NCBI GenBank assembly: GCA_020343655.1 | Contig: CP070805.1 | Span: 1,742,458-1,806,457 of the forward strand | Source: Promethearchaeota archaeon | GTDB lineage: Archaea; Asgardarchaeota; Lokiarchaeia; Sigyniarchaeales; SOKP01 | Direction of reading: 5' to 3' | DNA length: 64,000 bases | Shown: in pieces, positions 10,182-20,081 of the stretch | Position numbering within the stretch: position 1 is the stretch's first letter | How the letters are laid out: every line of letters begins with the position of its first letter | Made by a program: the position numbers and the translations under genes | The notes under the pieces: model-generated | Told to the model about the DNA's origin: nothing | The model's database searches: none | Seen by the model: the letters and a program-made list of their open reading frames with translations, nothing else

Positions 10182-10658
10182 CTCACTTTATAATTTTTTT
10201 TTAATAAACTATTTATAGAAACAAAACACATTTGAATAAGAAGAACTCTTGTATCTTTGTTATAAATGCGTATAAGAAATTACGAAAAATAGGATTTAAA
10301 TCTAATTAATAGATCTTTACATAAAAGATGTAAACACTCTTAAAGAATAAGTATCTAAGTTTTGTTGATTTCAGTGAAATATAAGATAATGTAATAAGGA
10401 TCTATACTAAAAACCCAATATACATATATGTCATGGTTGCTGAATTACAAATAGACGGATTATTGACTAAGGTATCTCCACAATCCAACCCAATCCATCC
10501 ATGATCTTTAATTAGCATGATCTTATCAACAAATGTGTTTAAATTAAATATATTATAATTAAATATTTAAATTTAACGGAAGATTAAACTTTCTTAAAGA
10601 AAAATGGGAAAATAATGGGACGATTAAAACATAATTCTCTTTAAAAATTAAAATCGCA

Positions 10659-12095
10659 TTACATTCTATCGATTACAAGTTTCACAAGTTCAGAAGTTGC
10701 TTCACAATAAACTCTTGCTAGTGACTCCCTTTTTGCTTCAGTTATAACCCTAATTATTGTTTCTGTATTGGAGGGATGAATAAGAACAAACCACTCCTTT
10801 TCTTGGCCAAACCTAAGATCCTGGTCTATTTGTTCTACTAATTCTCCCTCTTGCTTCAGCTCAGTTTTTAAATTGTCAATAATCAATTTAGTGTTCATAT
10901 TTTTAATATTAATTTTCGCTCGATAAGAATAATATTTAGGTAACTTTTCTACTAATTTTGAAACCTTCTGTCCCGTTTTTACCAATATTTCGATAATTTT
11001 TGCAGCAGCAAAAATTCCATCTCTTGTCATATTGAAATATGGGAACATAACACCTCCACATGAACCTTCTCCGCCAAAAACTAAACGATTTTTTGATGGA
11101 TCTTTTAAGAGATCCCCCATTTTTTCTGTTAAAAATTTCTCTCCTATTGGAGTTCGAATAACTTGAGTATTATATTTTTCAGCAATCGCTTCAAACCTTA
11201 AAGAAGATGCTAAATTTGTAACAAAAAATAATTCTTTTTTATTATCTTCTTGTGTTTTTAAAAAATAATCTGTTATCAGTGCTAATCCGATATCTTCTGG
11301 ATAGCAAACACCATTTTCTCCAATAATTGCTAATCTATCAGCGTCTGTATCATGAGCAAATCCAATATCATATTTCTCTTGCCACACTTCCATTATTAAG
11401 TCTTTGAGATTTCGCACTACGGGTTCAATTTCTCGTGGAAAGTCTTTATTTACAAGCAATTCATCATTAATGAGTTTTACTTCACAACCCAATTCGCCCA
11501 ATACTTTAGGAGTTACAAATTTCCCGGCACCTGCACCTGTGTCGATTACCGCTTTAAGATTATTATGTTTTTTTACCTGTCTATAATCAATATGATTAAA
11601 TAAATCTTGAATATAATTTTTAATTGGATTTAGATTTTCTATATTATTTTTTGAACTTGATTTGATTTTTTGAAAAGAATTTAAATCGACCTTCTTAAAA
11701 TGGTTTGAGATTATTTCTAAATCAGCATTACCCAAAAAAGTTTTTGTAGACAATAATTTTAAACCGTTCCATTCTTGAGGGTTGTGAGATCCTGTAATAA
11801 TTATCCCCCCTGGTACACTTAATTTATTTTTGGTATGTATTATTACAGGTGTTGGGCAAATTCCAAGATTTAACAATTTAAAGCCTGTTGCTATTAATCC
11901 TTCAATGACAGCCCGCTCAATTATTGTCCCACTTGGTCTTGTATCTCTGCCTATTACAACTTTTCTATCAGTTCCCTCAAACCATAATCCATAAGCAATT
12001 GCTATTTTTTTAACAGTATTGAAGTTTAGATCTTTATTCGGTAATCCTCTAATTCCACTCAATGTAAAGACTAAATTATCTTGTTCCATCATCAT
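10659..12095 (-). CDS. phosphoglucomutase/phosphomannomutase/phosphoglucosamine mutase family protein
   Basis: Active-site loop ITGSHNPQEWNGLK, metal loop FAHDTDADRL, sugar loop GGEGSCG. Confidence 0.85.
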   Translation of the reverse strand: MMMEQDNLVFTLSGIRGLPNKDLNFNTVKKIAIAYGLWFEGTDRKVVIGRDTRPSGTIIERAVIEGLIATGFKLLNLGICPTPVIIHTKNKLSVPGGIIITGSHNPQEWNGLKLLSTKTFLGNADLEIISNHFKKVDLNSFQKIKSSSKNNIENLNPIKNYIQDLFNHIDYRQVKKHNNLKAVIDTGAGAGKFVTPKVLGELGCEVKLINDELLVNKDFPREIEPVVRNLKDLIMEVWQEKYDIGFAHDTDADRLAIIGENGVCYPEDIGLALITDYFLKTQEDNKKELFFVTNLASSLRFEAIAEKYNTQVIRTPIGEKFLTEKMGDLLKDPSKNRLVFGGEGSCGGVMFPYFNMTRDGIFAAAKIIEILVKTGQKVSKLVEKLPKYYSYRAKINIKNMNTKLIIDNLKTELKQEGELVEQIDQDLRFGQEKEWFVLIHPSNTETIIRVITEAKRESLARVYCEATSELVKLVIDRM

Positions 12096-12108
12096 CTGTT
12101 AAATTTAT

Positions 12109-13113
12109 TCAAGAGATTATTTTTTCTTTATCTATTTTATATTTCACAAGAGCTAATGCCCCTCTTAGCCCAATCTCATCTTTATATTTTGTTAATTTAA
12201 TCTTCGGTGGGTGATTAATAGTAAATCTAATAGAATCCTTTTCAAATTGTTTAATTAAAGAAGGTATTATCTGTTTATGATCTTTCATCATTGCACCTCC
12301 AAAATATATTGAAGAGCAATCATAAAAATTATTAATTATGCCAATGCCTACTTTTGAATAGAATACACAATCATCAACAATTTTTTTAGATAATTCATCT
12401 CCTTCTCTTGCTGCCTGGAAAACTTCTTTTGCTGTGATCTTGGATTTATCATTATTAACAATCCTCATCAATATTTCTGCATTTAATTCTCCCTCATCTA
12501 AAGCATCTAAAGCTCTATTTTGCACTCCTGTACCAGAGCTAAAAACCTCCCAACAACCATGAGCTCCGCAATTGCATACAAATCTACTTCTTGGTTCGAC
12601 TAATGCATGTCCCACTTCCGCAGCATTACCTTCTTTTCCAATTAATAGATGACCGTTGCAGATTACCCCACCACCTATTCCAGTAGACATTGTTATATAA
12701 ACCAGATTGTCCTTCTCATCATCTTCCGCCTCAAAATAATGTACACCTAAAACACTTCCATTACAATCATTAACGAAATACAATGGAATTTCTGGAAATT
12801 TCTTTTCAATAGGTTTTTTTAGAGGAATTACACTAAATCCAAGATTAGAACTATTAAATACTTCACCTTTTTCCATATTTAAAGGACCCGCTGTAGCTAT
12901 CCCAATTCCTAAAATTTGATCCTTATTAATATGATTTTCAGATAATAATTCTGATAGAATTTGACATATTGAATTGCTAATTGAATATTTGGTTTCCTTT
13001 AATGTTCTAGTAATTTTCTTTTTTATATTTTTCTCAATTAAGTCTGCTGTACAAAGAGCAACTCGTACCCAAGTACCTCCAATATCTACCCCAGCAATAA
13101 ACTTTACATTCAT
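12109..13113 (-). CDS. ROK-family sugar kinase (glucokinase-like)
   Basis: GVDIGGT phosphate loop; ROK zinc motif CNCGAHGCWE; 334 aa. Confidence 0.85.
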   Translation of the reverse strand: MNVKFIAGVDIGGTWVRVALCTADLIEKNIKKKITRTLKETKYSISNSICQILSELLSENHINKDQILGIGIATAGPLNMEKGEVFNSSNLGFSVIPLKKPIEKKFPEIPLYFVNDCNGSVLGVHYFEAEDDEKDNLVYITMSTGIGGGVICNGHLLIGKEGNAAEVGHALVEPRSRFVCNCGAHGCWEVFSSGTGVQNRALDALDEGELNAEILMRIVNNDKSKITAKEVFQAAREGDELSKKIVDDCVFYSKVGIGIINNFYDCSSIYFGGAMMKDHKQIIPSLIKQFEKDSIRFTINHPPKIKLTKYKDEIGLRGALALVKYKIDKEKIIS

Positions 13114-13219
13114 TATTATATCTTCTCAAAATTTTCAGTTATTTCCTAAACCTGTTAATAATCAAAAAGGATTCGATTACTTCAAAATATTTTTATAGAA
13201 TTAAAAGTTTTTCTTTGAT

Positions 13220-14020
13220 TTAATAAATATTTATTTCAATTTTGTCATCGTTGATTATTTCTTTAAAGATATAGCCAATTTCTTTTTTCCTTTCATTATC
13301 TATTGCGAAAACAAAATATTCTGCTGGAATTCTAGCAGTTGAATAAATTTGTATAATATTTGGTTTTATCCTCTTCAACGCATGAGCAACATCATAAATA
13401 TTTTTGGAATTATTATTTGGTAGAAAATCCTTTTTGTATGAATTATAAACTAAGATTTGAATAGCTAATTTATTTTTTTTAGGCATTTCTTGTTTCAATT
13501 TCATTAAGGACTCAATTATAATTTCGATATCAGGAACTTCATTTTGAGGACGATTAGTTCTCTTAAAATCATCATTATTAGCCACATCTAATTTTGCTAA
13601 AACTAATTCAAATTTCTTAACTCTTTCTCTTATCTCGTCAAAAAATAAAGTACTGGAATTTGTGAACAATGTAAGAATTGGTTTTTCATGTGTCCAATTT
13701 AGTTCACTCCTCACATCTGAAGCAATATTAAGAAAATCTACTAAATTTTCATTCAGAGTAGGTTCTCCATTATAACCGAAAGTAATTGAGTTTAAATGTG
13801 GGACATAATTAAAAATCGATTTTAACTCTTTTCTAAAATTAGGGGATGGTGGCAAACTTATTCTATAATTAGGAGAAACTAAATTGTCTTTTTCAGTTAA
13901 ACCAATTTCACAATATACACAATTATAAGTACATAATTTAAATTTAGCTAAAACATTAATGCCTAGAGATAGTCCTAGTCGTCTTGATTGAAATGGACCA
14001 TATGTATATTCTCTAGGCAT
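13220..14020 (-). CDS. radical SAM protein
   Basis: CTYNCVYCE (Cx3Cx2C) near the N-terminus; 266 aa. Confidence 0.75.
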   Translation of the reverse strand: MPREYTYGPFQSRRLGLSLGINVLAKFKLCTYNCVYCEIGLTEKDNLVSPNYRISLPPSPNFRKELKSIFNYVPHLNSITFGYNGEPTLNENLVDFLNIASDVRSELNWTHEKPILTLFTNSSTLFFDEIRERVKKFELVLAKLDVANNDDFKRTNRPQNEVPDIEIIIESLMKLKQEMPKKNKLAIQILVYNSYKKDFLPNNNSKNIYDVAHALKRIKPNIIQIYSTARIPAEYFVFAIDNERKKEIGYIFKEIINDDKIEINIY

Positions 14021-14032
14021 TTATTACTTGTT

Positions 14033-14674
14033 TTATAAATAATTCTTAATAAAATTCACTATTGCTTTATTTACTTGTTTAGGTTTTTCTAACATAACAG
14101 CGTGACCTGCTTTGCTAATTAAATGAAGTTCTGATTTTTTAATTTTATTATGAAAAAATTGTGAATATTTAATAGGTGTCATGATATCAGCCTTGCCACA
14201 TATTATTAAACATGGAACTTCAATTGAACTTGTTTTATCTAATGTATCAAAAGCATCGCAGATTTTAAAATCGTTATAGATTACCTCTGGATCTATTTGA
14301 GATGCCTCCAAAATCGCGTTTTCAATGATTTCTTTAGAAGTTTTCCTATAAAATAACCCCTCTCTCAAATTATTCAAAAAAAGTTGATAGTTAGGCTTTA
14401 TAGAATCAAAAATGTCTTGTTTTACTCGCATTCTTCCTCCTGTAGCACACAAAATAAGAGCAGAGACATAATTAGGGTATCTAAAGTAATATTCTTGTGT
14501 AACAACGCCCCCCAAAGAATGACCTCCTAAAATTAATTTTTCAGGTTTTAAAAAATCGATGAGTTTCTTAAGAACATCAACATATAAGTCTAGAGATAAT
14601 TCTGGAAATGTATTAGATTTATTATGTGAAGGTAAGTCAATTGCAATTATATTATAATCTATATTTAAATACAT
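14033..14674 (-). CDS. alpha/beta-fold hydrolase (true N-terminus probably upstream, see findings)
   Basis: Nucleophile elbow GGHSLGG. The same frame stays open upstream to about 14797 and encodes the oxyanion-hole motif FIHGSGGNS, but has no ATG/GTG/TTG. Confidence 0.7.
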   Translation of the reverse strand: MYLNIDYNIIAIDLPSHNKSNTFPELSLDLYVDVLKKLIDFLKPEKLILGGHSLGGVVTQEYYFRYPNYVSALILCATGGRMRVKQDIFDSIKPNYQLFLNNLREGLFYRKTSKEIIENAILEASQIDPEVIYNDFKICDAFDTLDKTSSIEVPCLIICGKADIMTPIKYSQFFHNKIKKSELHLISKAGHAVMLEKPKQVNKAIVNFIKNYL

Positions 14675-14870
14675 TTGATTCTCCCAGATATTTGAATTAC
14701 CTCCTGACCCATGTATGAATATAATAGTATCTTGTGAATTGTTTTCTTTAATTTGGTAAAAAATTTGCTTTCCAGAATATTCGTAGTATGGTATTATGAA
14801 GCACCAATATATTAAATTTAATATGTAGAATATAAAAAAAGAATTAAATTTAGTTTTTTTGATAAATAAT

Positions 14871-15656
14871 TTATTGACTTATTTCCATTTTATTAAATGA
14901 CCTGGCTCCAATTAGTATTAATATTGCTCCAAAGCTTGCTGTAACTAGAATATCAATCCAAAATGGAAAATATGATACACCTAGCATAACAAATCGGAAT
15001 AGATCTACACTATAAGTGAAAGGATTAAATATAGTAATCTGTACAGGGAGTGGTATTAAAGCTCCTGAAAGCCACATCATCGGCATTACGATGAAAGTTT
15101 GTATTAACCCAAAAGATTGCATATCGTTTAATCGTGTACTAATTGTTAAACCAATCCCTACGATTCCAATACTTGCTAAAAATGCTACTGGTAAAATAAG
15201 CATTACACGCCAAATTAAACTAAGATCATAACCAAAAAATTGAAATGCAACACTTAGTGCTATGATAATGGAAACCTGCAGCATAGTTTGTAAAGCTACT
15301 CCCACTGTTCTTCCTAACATCAATGTTCTACGACTTACCGGCGCTACTAATAACTCCTTCATAAATCCAAACATTTTATCTCTAAAAATTGACATTCCGC
15401 CAAATATACCTGTAAACAAAATAACCATCGCCGCAATTCCTGACGCGCTAAATGCTCTTGAATCAACGCGAGTAATACCAATAAATATCTCTACTTGAGA
15501 GAATCCTGCTCCAAATACAAAAAGAAATAATATACCCTGGGCTATTGATGATATTACTCTTGATTTATTCCTCCAAAAACTTAGTAACTCTCTTTTTGCT
15601 AATATCCACATTGCATTGTAATTTACCTTTGATTTCTCAATATATAAATCAGACAT
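14871..15656 (-). CDS. ABC-2 type transporter permease
   Basis: 261 aa with 6 predicted TM segments; 6 nt downstream of an ABC ATPase gene. Confidence 0.8.
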   Translation of the reverse strand: MSDLYIEKSKVNYNAMWILAKRELLSFWRNKSRVISSIAQGILFLFVFGAGFSQVEIFIGITRVDSRAFSASGIAAMVILFTGIFGGMSIFRDKMFGFMKELLVAPVSRRTLMLGRTVGVALQTMLQVSIIIALSVAFQFFGYDLSLIWRVMLILPVAFLASIGIVGIGLTISTRLNDMQSFGLIQTFIVMPMMWLSGALIPLPVQITIFNPFTYSVDLFRFVMLGVSYFPFWIDILVTASFGAILILIGARSFNKMEISQ

Positions 15657-15662
15657 TTATTA

Positions 15663-16994
15663 TCACTTCCTCAATTGCCTCATTTGTATCATTTTTCTTA
15701 TATCTTTTGAATGATTTGATGACTCTTCTCTTATCGCGGTCCCTACATAATGAAGAAACACATCTTCTAAGGTGGGTTGATGCATATTCACAGTTTTTAT
15801 CTTAAGACCATTTTCATTGATTTTTTGAATAATCAATGGGAGTTGTTTTCCACCACTTTCACATGAGATTGAAATAGAAGGTTCTAATTCCTCTTCCTCT
15901 TCTTCAAATTCTCCATTTTTTATTCTTATTATCTCTTCTTTTATTGAACCTGGAACTTCTTCTAATAGATTATCATCAAACATATTTGCTATTTTTTTCT
16001 TCATTGTTAATGGAGCATTTAGAAACATTCCAGCAGCCATTGGCATACGTTTCCATGCCATGATTAATTTATTAGGCTCTGATAATATTTCTCGCATTCT
16101 AGCTTGAATCATAGCTGGATCAATATTAGGCATTCCTGGAGGAGGTTGAAAATTAGGCATAATTTCCTGTTCTCCCTCAGCAGTTCCAAATGACACATTT
16201 TTCACTCCATTAATTTCTTTTATTTTTCTAATGATTCCTGAAATCATAAACCTCTCCTCCACATTTTCAAATTGAATATCAATAACATCTCCAGATAATT
16301 GTCTTTTAAGATTCTCTGAAGTATCCATAGCAATAATTTTGCCATGATCCATAATACATATTCTATCTGCGAGCTCATCCGCTTCCTCCATATAATGTGT
16401 GGTTATGAGAATTGTTATTTTTGAGTTTCCTTTATTCAATTCTTTAATCTTATCCCATATCTTTCTACGTGTTTGAGGATCTAATCCCAAAGTCGGTTCA
16501 TCTAAAAATAGGACTGTTGGTTTGTGAATTAATCCGCGAGCGATCTCTAAGCGCCTTTTCATCCCACCAGAATAATTCTTTACAAAAGTGTTTGCCCTAT
16601 CATCAAGATCAACTAATTCTAGCACTTCTTGTATTTTAACTTGTCTTTCTTTCTTAGGCATCCCATAAAGAATTGCATGCAATTCCAAATTCTCCCATCC
16701 TTTCATTTCGCCATCTAAAGACGGTTCTTGAAAAACAATGCCAATACTTTTTCTAACTTTATCAGAATCTTTATTGACATCATAATTGTTTACAAATGCT
16801 TCACCTTTAGTGGAAGAAAGTAGTGTTGCTAGTATACTTATAGTAGTAGTTTTACCAGCACCATTCGGACCTAATAAAGCGAAAATTTCACCTTTTTTAA
16901 TGTTGAAGCTAATATCATCTACTGCTAGCACATTCCCTTCTTCATAGATCTTCGTCAGATTTTTTACTTCAATTAAATTATTATTCTCTGTCAT
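15663..16994 (-). CDS. ABC transporter ATP-binding protein with long insertion in C-terminal domain
   Basis: Walker A GPNGAGKTTT, signature YSGGMKRRL, Walker B VLFLDEPT. It ends in the TLEDVFLHYVG motif typical of ABC-2 ATPases. Confidence 0.85.
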   Translation of the reverse strand: MTENNNLIEVKNLTKIYEEGNVLAVDDISFNIKKGEIFALLGPNGAGKTTTISILATLLSSTKGEAFVNNYDVNKDSDKVRKSIGIVFQEPSLDGEMKGWENLELHAILYGMPKKERQVKIQEVLELVDLDDRANTFVKNYSGGMKRRLEIARGLIHKPTVLFLDEPTLGLDPQTRRKIWDKIKELNKGNSKITILITTHYMEEADELADRICIMDHGKIIAMDTSENLKRQLSGDVIDIQFENVEERFMISGIIRKIKEINGVKNVSFGTAEGEQEIMPNFQPPPGMPNIDPAMIQARMREILSEPNKLIMAWKRMPMAAGMFLNAPLTMKKKIANMFDDNLLEEVPGSIKEEIIRIKNGEFEEEEEELEPSISISCESGGKQLPLIIQKINENGLKIKTVNMHQPTLEDVFLHYVGTAIREESSNHSKDIRKMIQMRQLRK

Positions 16995-17162
16995 TTTCTT
17001 AACTTGTTAAAATGTTAATTCCAAAAATAATTTTTGATTTTATTTCATAAAACACAGGGATAAACCCTAAAAAAATTAAATGATTATTTTCTAATGTTAT
17101 ATTTAAGATAATCATAATGTTCCACCTTTATAATATAAAAAATAATAAAAAATAAAAGGAAT

Positions 17163-18143
17163 TTATTTATTTCTATTCCTTATTTTATTAATCCTAAGTT
17201 TTCTGAAAATTAAATAAGCACTTAAGCCCCCAATGCAAATTGCAATTATGACGATTATTGTATAAAATACCCAATCTGAATTACTACTGACAATTTGGTA
17301 TATTATATTATTATCTTCATCTTTTACAGTAAAAGAAGACATAATTCCTTCAGAACCGTAACTAATTTCTACAGTATAGTTTGTTTCACCAGTGCGGTTT
17401 ATTATAAGAACATTATCGCTAACTGTTGCATTTTCACAATCGAGTGTAGTAATAAGTTCTGCTAAATAATACGCAAATGGAAAACCTAATGTAAACCCAT
17501 TGAAGATAAATAACCATAGAAATTCTTCTGCATTCAAGATTGGAAAGCTATATCCTGAAAACTGGAATGCAGGAAGACTGTTTAGTTCTACTGATAAATT
17601 ATTGTAGTTATTGAGAATATCATCGAAATCTGTAGGATTTTTAAATATTAAAAGTGCATCATTTGTATTTGTAGGATCTTCCTCAAAAATTCCAATCGTA
17701 AAATTCCAAGCTGCACGTAGGCCAACCCATAGATTGTATGTATTTGTATAATTAGTATTTATAGTGGTTTCGTTATATCCTTGGCTGTTCATTAAACCTA
17801 ATAGAGTTATAAGTTCTTCAGATTCAAACAATAATGGTAAAAATAATGAAACAAATACATCATATGTATTCCAAGTAACAAAATTCCAACCTTTCATCGT
17901 ATATTTACTTTTCGCACCAGTTTGATTTGAGTCTCCTTCGAACCAATTTGAAGGTGTTGTAGAGGCATTTACTGTAGTTTTCCAAGCAGCTTCATCATAT
18001 TGTGAAACAATAAGCACTTCTGTGCCTTTAGTTAAAGCAACATTATAATTTCCATTGGCAACGATGGATGTCGATAACATCCCTAATAAAATTATGCAGA
18101 ATAATGATACTCCAATTGTCCTAAATTTTGTATTTTTCATCAT
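17163..18143 (-). CDS. secreted, C-terminally anchored hypothetical protein rich in N-glycosylation sequons
   Basis: N-terminal signal-like helix, C-terminal TM plus basic tail (RKLRINKIRNRNK), about 10 N-x-S/T sequons. Confidence 0.5.
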   Translation of the reverse strand: MMKNTKFRTIGVSLFCIILLGMLSTSIVANGNYNVALTKGTEVLIVSQYDEAAWKTTVNASTTPSNWFEGDSNQTGAKSKYTMKGWNFVTWNTYDVFVSLFLPLLFESEELITLLGLMNSQGYNETTINTNYTNTYNLWVGLRAAWNFTIGIFEEDPTNTNDALLIFKNPTDFDDILNNYNNLSVELNSLPAFQFSGYSFPILNAEEFLWLFIFNGFTLGFPFAYYLAELITTLDCENATVSDNVLIINRTGETNYTVEISYGSEGIMSSFTVKDEDNNIIYQIVSSNSDWVFYTIIVIIAICIGGLSAYLIFRKLRINKIRNRNK

Positions 18144-18144
18144 C

Positions 18145-18999
18145 TTATAATTGCCTCCGCTTGAATAGATAAGCTGCTAATAGAAAATAAAACACTATAA
18201 AAACAATTAGTAGTGCAATTCCCATCTCGATACTTGGCGTTACCCATTGACCAAATGAAAAATCACCACCCATACCACCTGGACCCATACCACTAAATGA
18301 AAATTCAGAATATCTTGGATCTGGAAAAGGATATTCAAGTATTCCAGTAATTAGATTACCTAAATATGCTAAAGAGTATAAAGGTTCAAAACTTTCCTTA
18401 AACACCAATGTCACAATCTGATCAGCAATATTGAATCCAATTAAAAGAAGTATTAAAGTAGATATAATTGTTAGATTTACACTTCTCATAAATGAACTGA
18501 AAAATGTTACAAAACTGCTTAATGCTATTACATATAATATTGCAATACCGTATGAATAAAATAGTCGGATGTTAATTGGTCCACCATAATAGAAAAATCC
18601 GAGAATTCCTAAAATAAAATAGTAAAGTGTTATAATCGAAACAACAAGTATTAAATTACCAAAATATTTCCCTAGTATCAGTTTGTATTTGTTTATTTTG
18701 GGAAAAACTATAAAACCCGTTTTTTTATCAAATTCAGAACAGATTATCCCTGAGAAAAACAAGCATGCAGAAAATAGAGTTATGAATGAAATAAATTGTA
18801 AACCATTATTAAAGAATTCTGCTTGTGTATCTGATAAAAGATAACCGGGGATTAATTGTAGAACATAACCTAATAAAATTGCTACAATTATTGCGATAAA
18901 AGAAAAGAAATAAAATTTTCTTCTTTGTTTTTTAATTTCAAAAACTATAGTGTAAAAAATTGGCTTTATTCCATTAAAACTATTTTTTCTGTTTTCCAT
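18145..18999 (-). CDS. ABC-2-like membrane permease
   Basis: 284 aa multi-pass membrane protein, 5 nt downstream of an ABC ATPase. Confidence 0.6.
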   Translation of the reverse strand: MENRKNSFNGIKPIFYTIVFEIKKQRRKFYFFSFIAIIVAILLGYVLQLIPGYLLSDTQAEFFNNGLQFISFITLFSACLFFSGIICSEFDKKTGFIVFPKINKYKLILGKYFGNLILVVSIITLYYFILGILGFFYYGGPINIRLFYSYGIAILYVIALSSFVTFFSSFMRSVNLTIISTLILLLIGFNIADQIVTLVFKESFEPLYSLAYLGNLITGILEYPFPDPRYSEFSFSGMGPGGMGGDFSFGQWVTPSIEMGIALLIVFIVFYFLLAAYLFKRRQL

Positions 19000-19004
19000 T
19001 TTTT

Positions 19005-20081
19005 TTACACCTCTTTATTTAATATATTTTTTTCTTTTGAATCGTTATCTTTTACCATTTCAGCATAAACTCTTTCTAGTTGAGACGTTCTTGGCTGAGT
19101 AAATGAGATCACAGTAAAATCTGATTCGAACTCCTTGATCAAAGTCTTTAAAATATCTCCTTTTGATTCATTTCTTCCATCATAAAAAATCTTTAACCCT
19201 TGTTGCTCAGGATAATACTTCACTGGAATTTTTGATACCATTGGATCTAGATCTTTATCAAGGTATGGATCAAGTCTTTCAGTTAAAAGATTTATTAAGG
19301 GTTCTAATTCACTTGGTTTAATAGGCTCAAGTAATACGCAGTTTAATTCACTAGTCTTTAATGTGAGTGCTAAATTCTCTACAGTATCAAATCCTATAAT
19401 GGAGCCATAATTGATTAGCGCAATTTTGTCACATACTTCAGATATTTCATATAGCATATGAGAAGCTACAAATATTGTTTTTCCTAGTGATTGAAGTTCT
19501 CGGATATATTTCCTAATTTCAACACGTGCTAATGGATCTAAACCTGTTTGAGGTTCGTCCAATATTATAATTTCTGGATCATGTATAAGTGCTTGAATAA
19601 TTCCTATTTTCTGTGTCATTCCTTTTGAAAAAGTTTTAACTGGCTTATATTTCCATTCAGAGAGCTTGAAACGTTCTAAAAGCTCATCAATCCTTTGATT
19701 TATCTTATTCTTTGGATAATTTTGGAGATTTGCGAAATATCTCAATAATTGATATGCGGTCATGTTGTAAAAAGCAGGAATATCGATTAGAAAACCGATT
19801 TGACTTATAGTTCTTGAGATCTTATTTAAATCCTGTAATTCGCTATGATTAGACCTAATAAGTATTCTCCCTGAATTAGGTCTTAGAATTTTAGCTATCA
19901 TCTTTATTGTAGTTGTTTTGCCGGCTCCATTAGGACCAACTAATCCTATGGTTTCCCCTCTATGTACTTCAAGATTTATATTATTGACTGCCGTTAAATC
20001 GCCAAATCTTTTGGTTAAATTTTCTAACTTTAAAACAATTTCAGATTTGTCAACTTTTTCTTCTTTAATCATTAATATCAT
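19005..20081 (-). CDS. ABC transporter ATP-binding protein
   Basis: Walker A GPNGAGKTTT, signature FSKGMTQKI, Walker B IIILDEPQ. Confidence 0.85.
   Translation of the reverse strand: MILMIKEEKVDKSEIVLKLENLTKRFGDLTAVNNINLEVHRGETIGLVGPNGAGKTTTIKMIAKILRPNSGRILIRSNHSELQDLNKISRTISQIGFLIDIPAFYNMTAYQLLRYFANLQNYPKNKINQRIDELLERFKLSEWKYKPVKTFSKGMTQKIGIIQALIHDPEIIILDEPQTGLDPLARVEIRKYIRELQSLGKTIFVASHMLYEISEVCDKIALINYGSIIGFDTVENLALTLKTSELNCVLLEPIKPSELEPLINLLTERLDPYLDKDLDPMVSKIPVKYYPEQQGLKIFYDGRNESKGDILKTLIKEFESDFTVISFTQPRTSQLERVYAEMVKDNDSKEKNILNKEV

Noticed and set aside
10316-10345. Perfect 7-bp inverted repeat (tttacat ... atgtaaa) in the 470-nt intergenic region upstream of the phosphohexomutase gene
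   Set aside because: Short AT-only palindromes are expected by chance at this base composition. There is no second copy or positional relation to a start codon that I could establish.
17050-17072. Hairpin agggataaaccct followed (on the - strand) by a T-rich run, as a possible terminator between the two ABC gene sets
   Set aside because: It has only a 4-bp stem. Archaeal termination relies mainly on oligo-T tracts, which are ubiquitous here. That is not enough evidence to call a feature.
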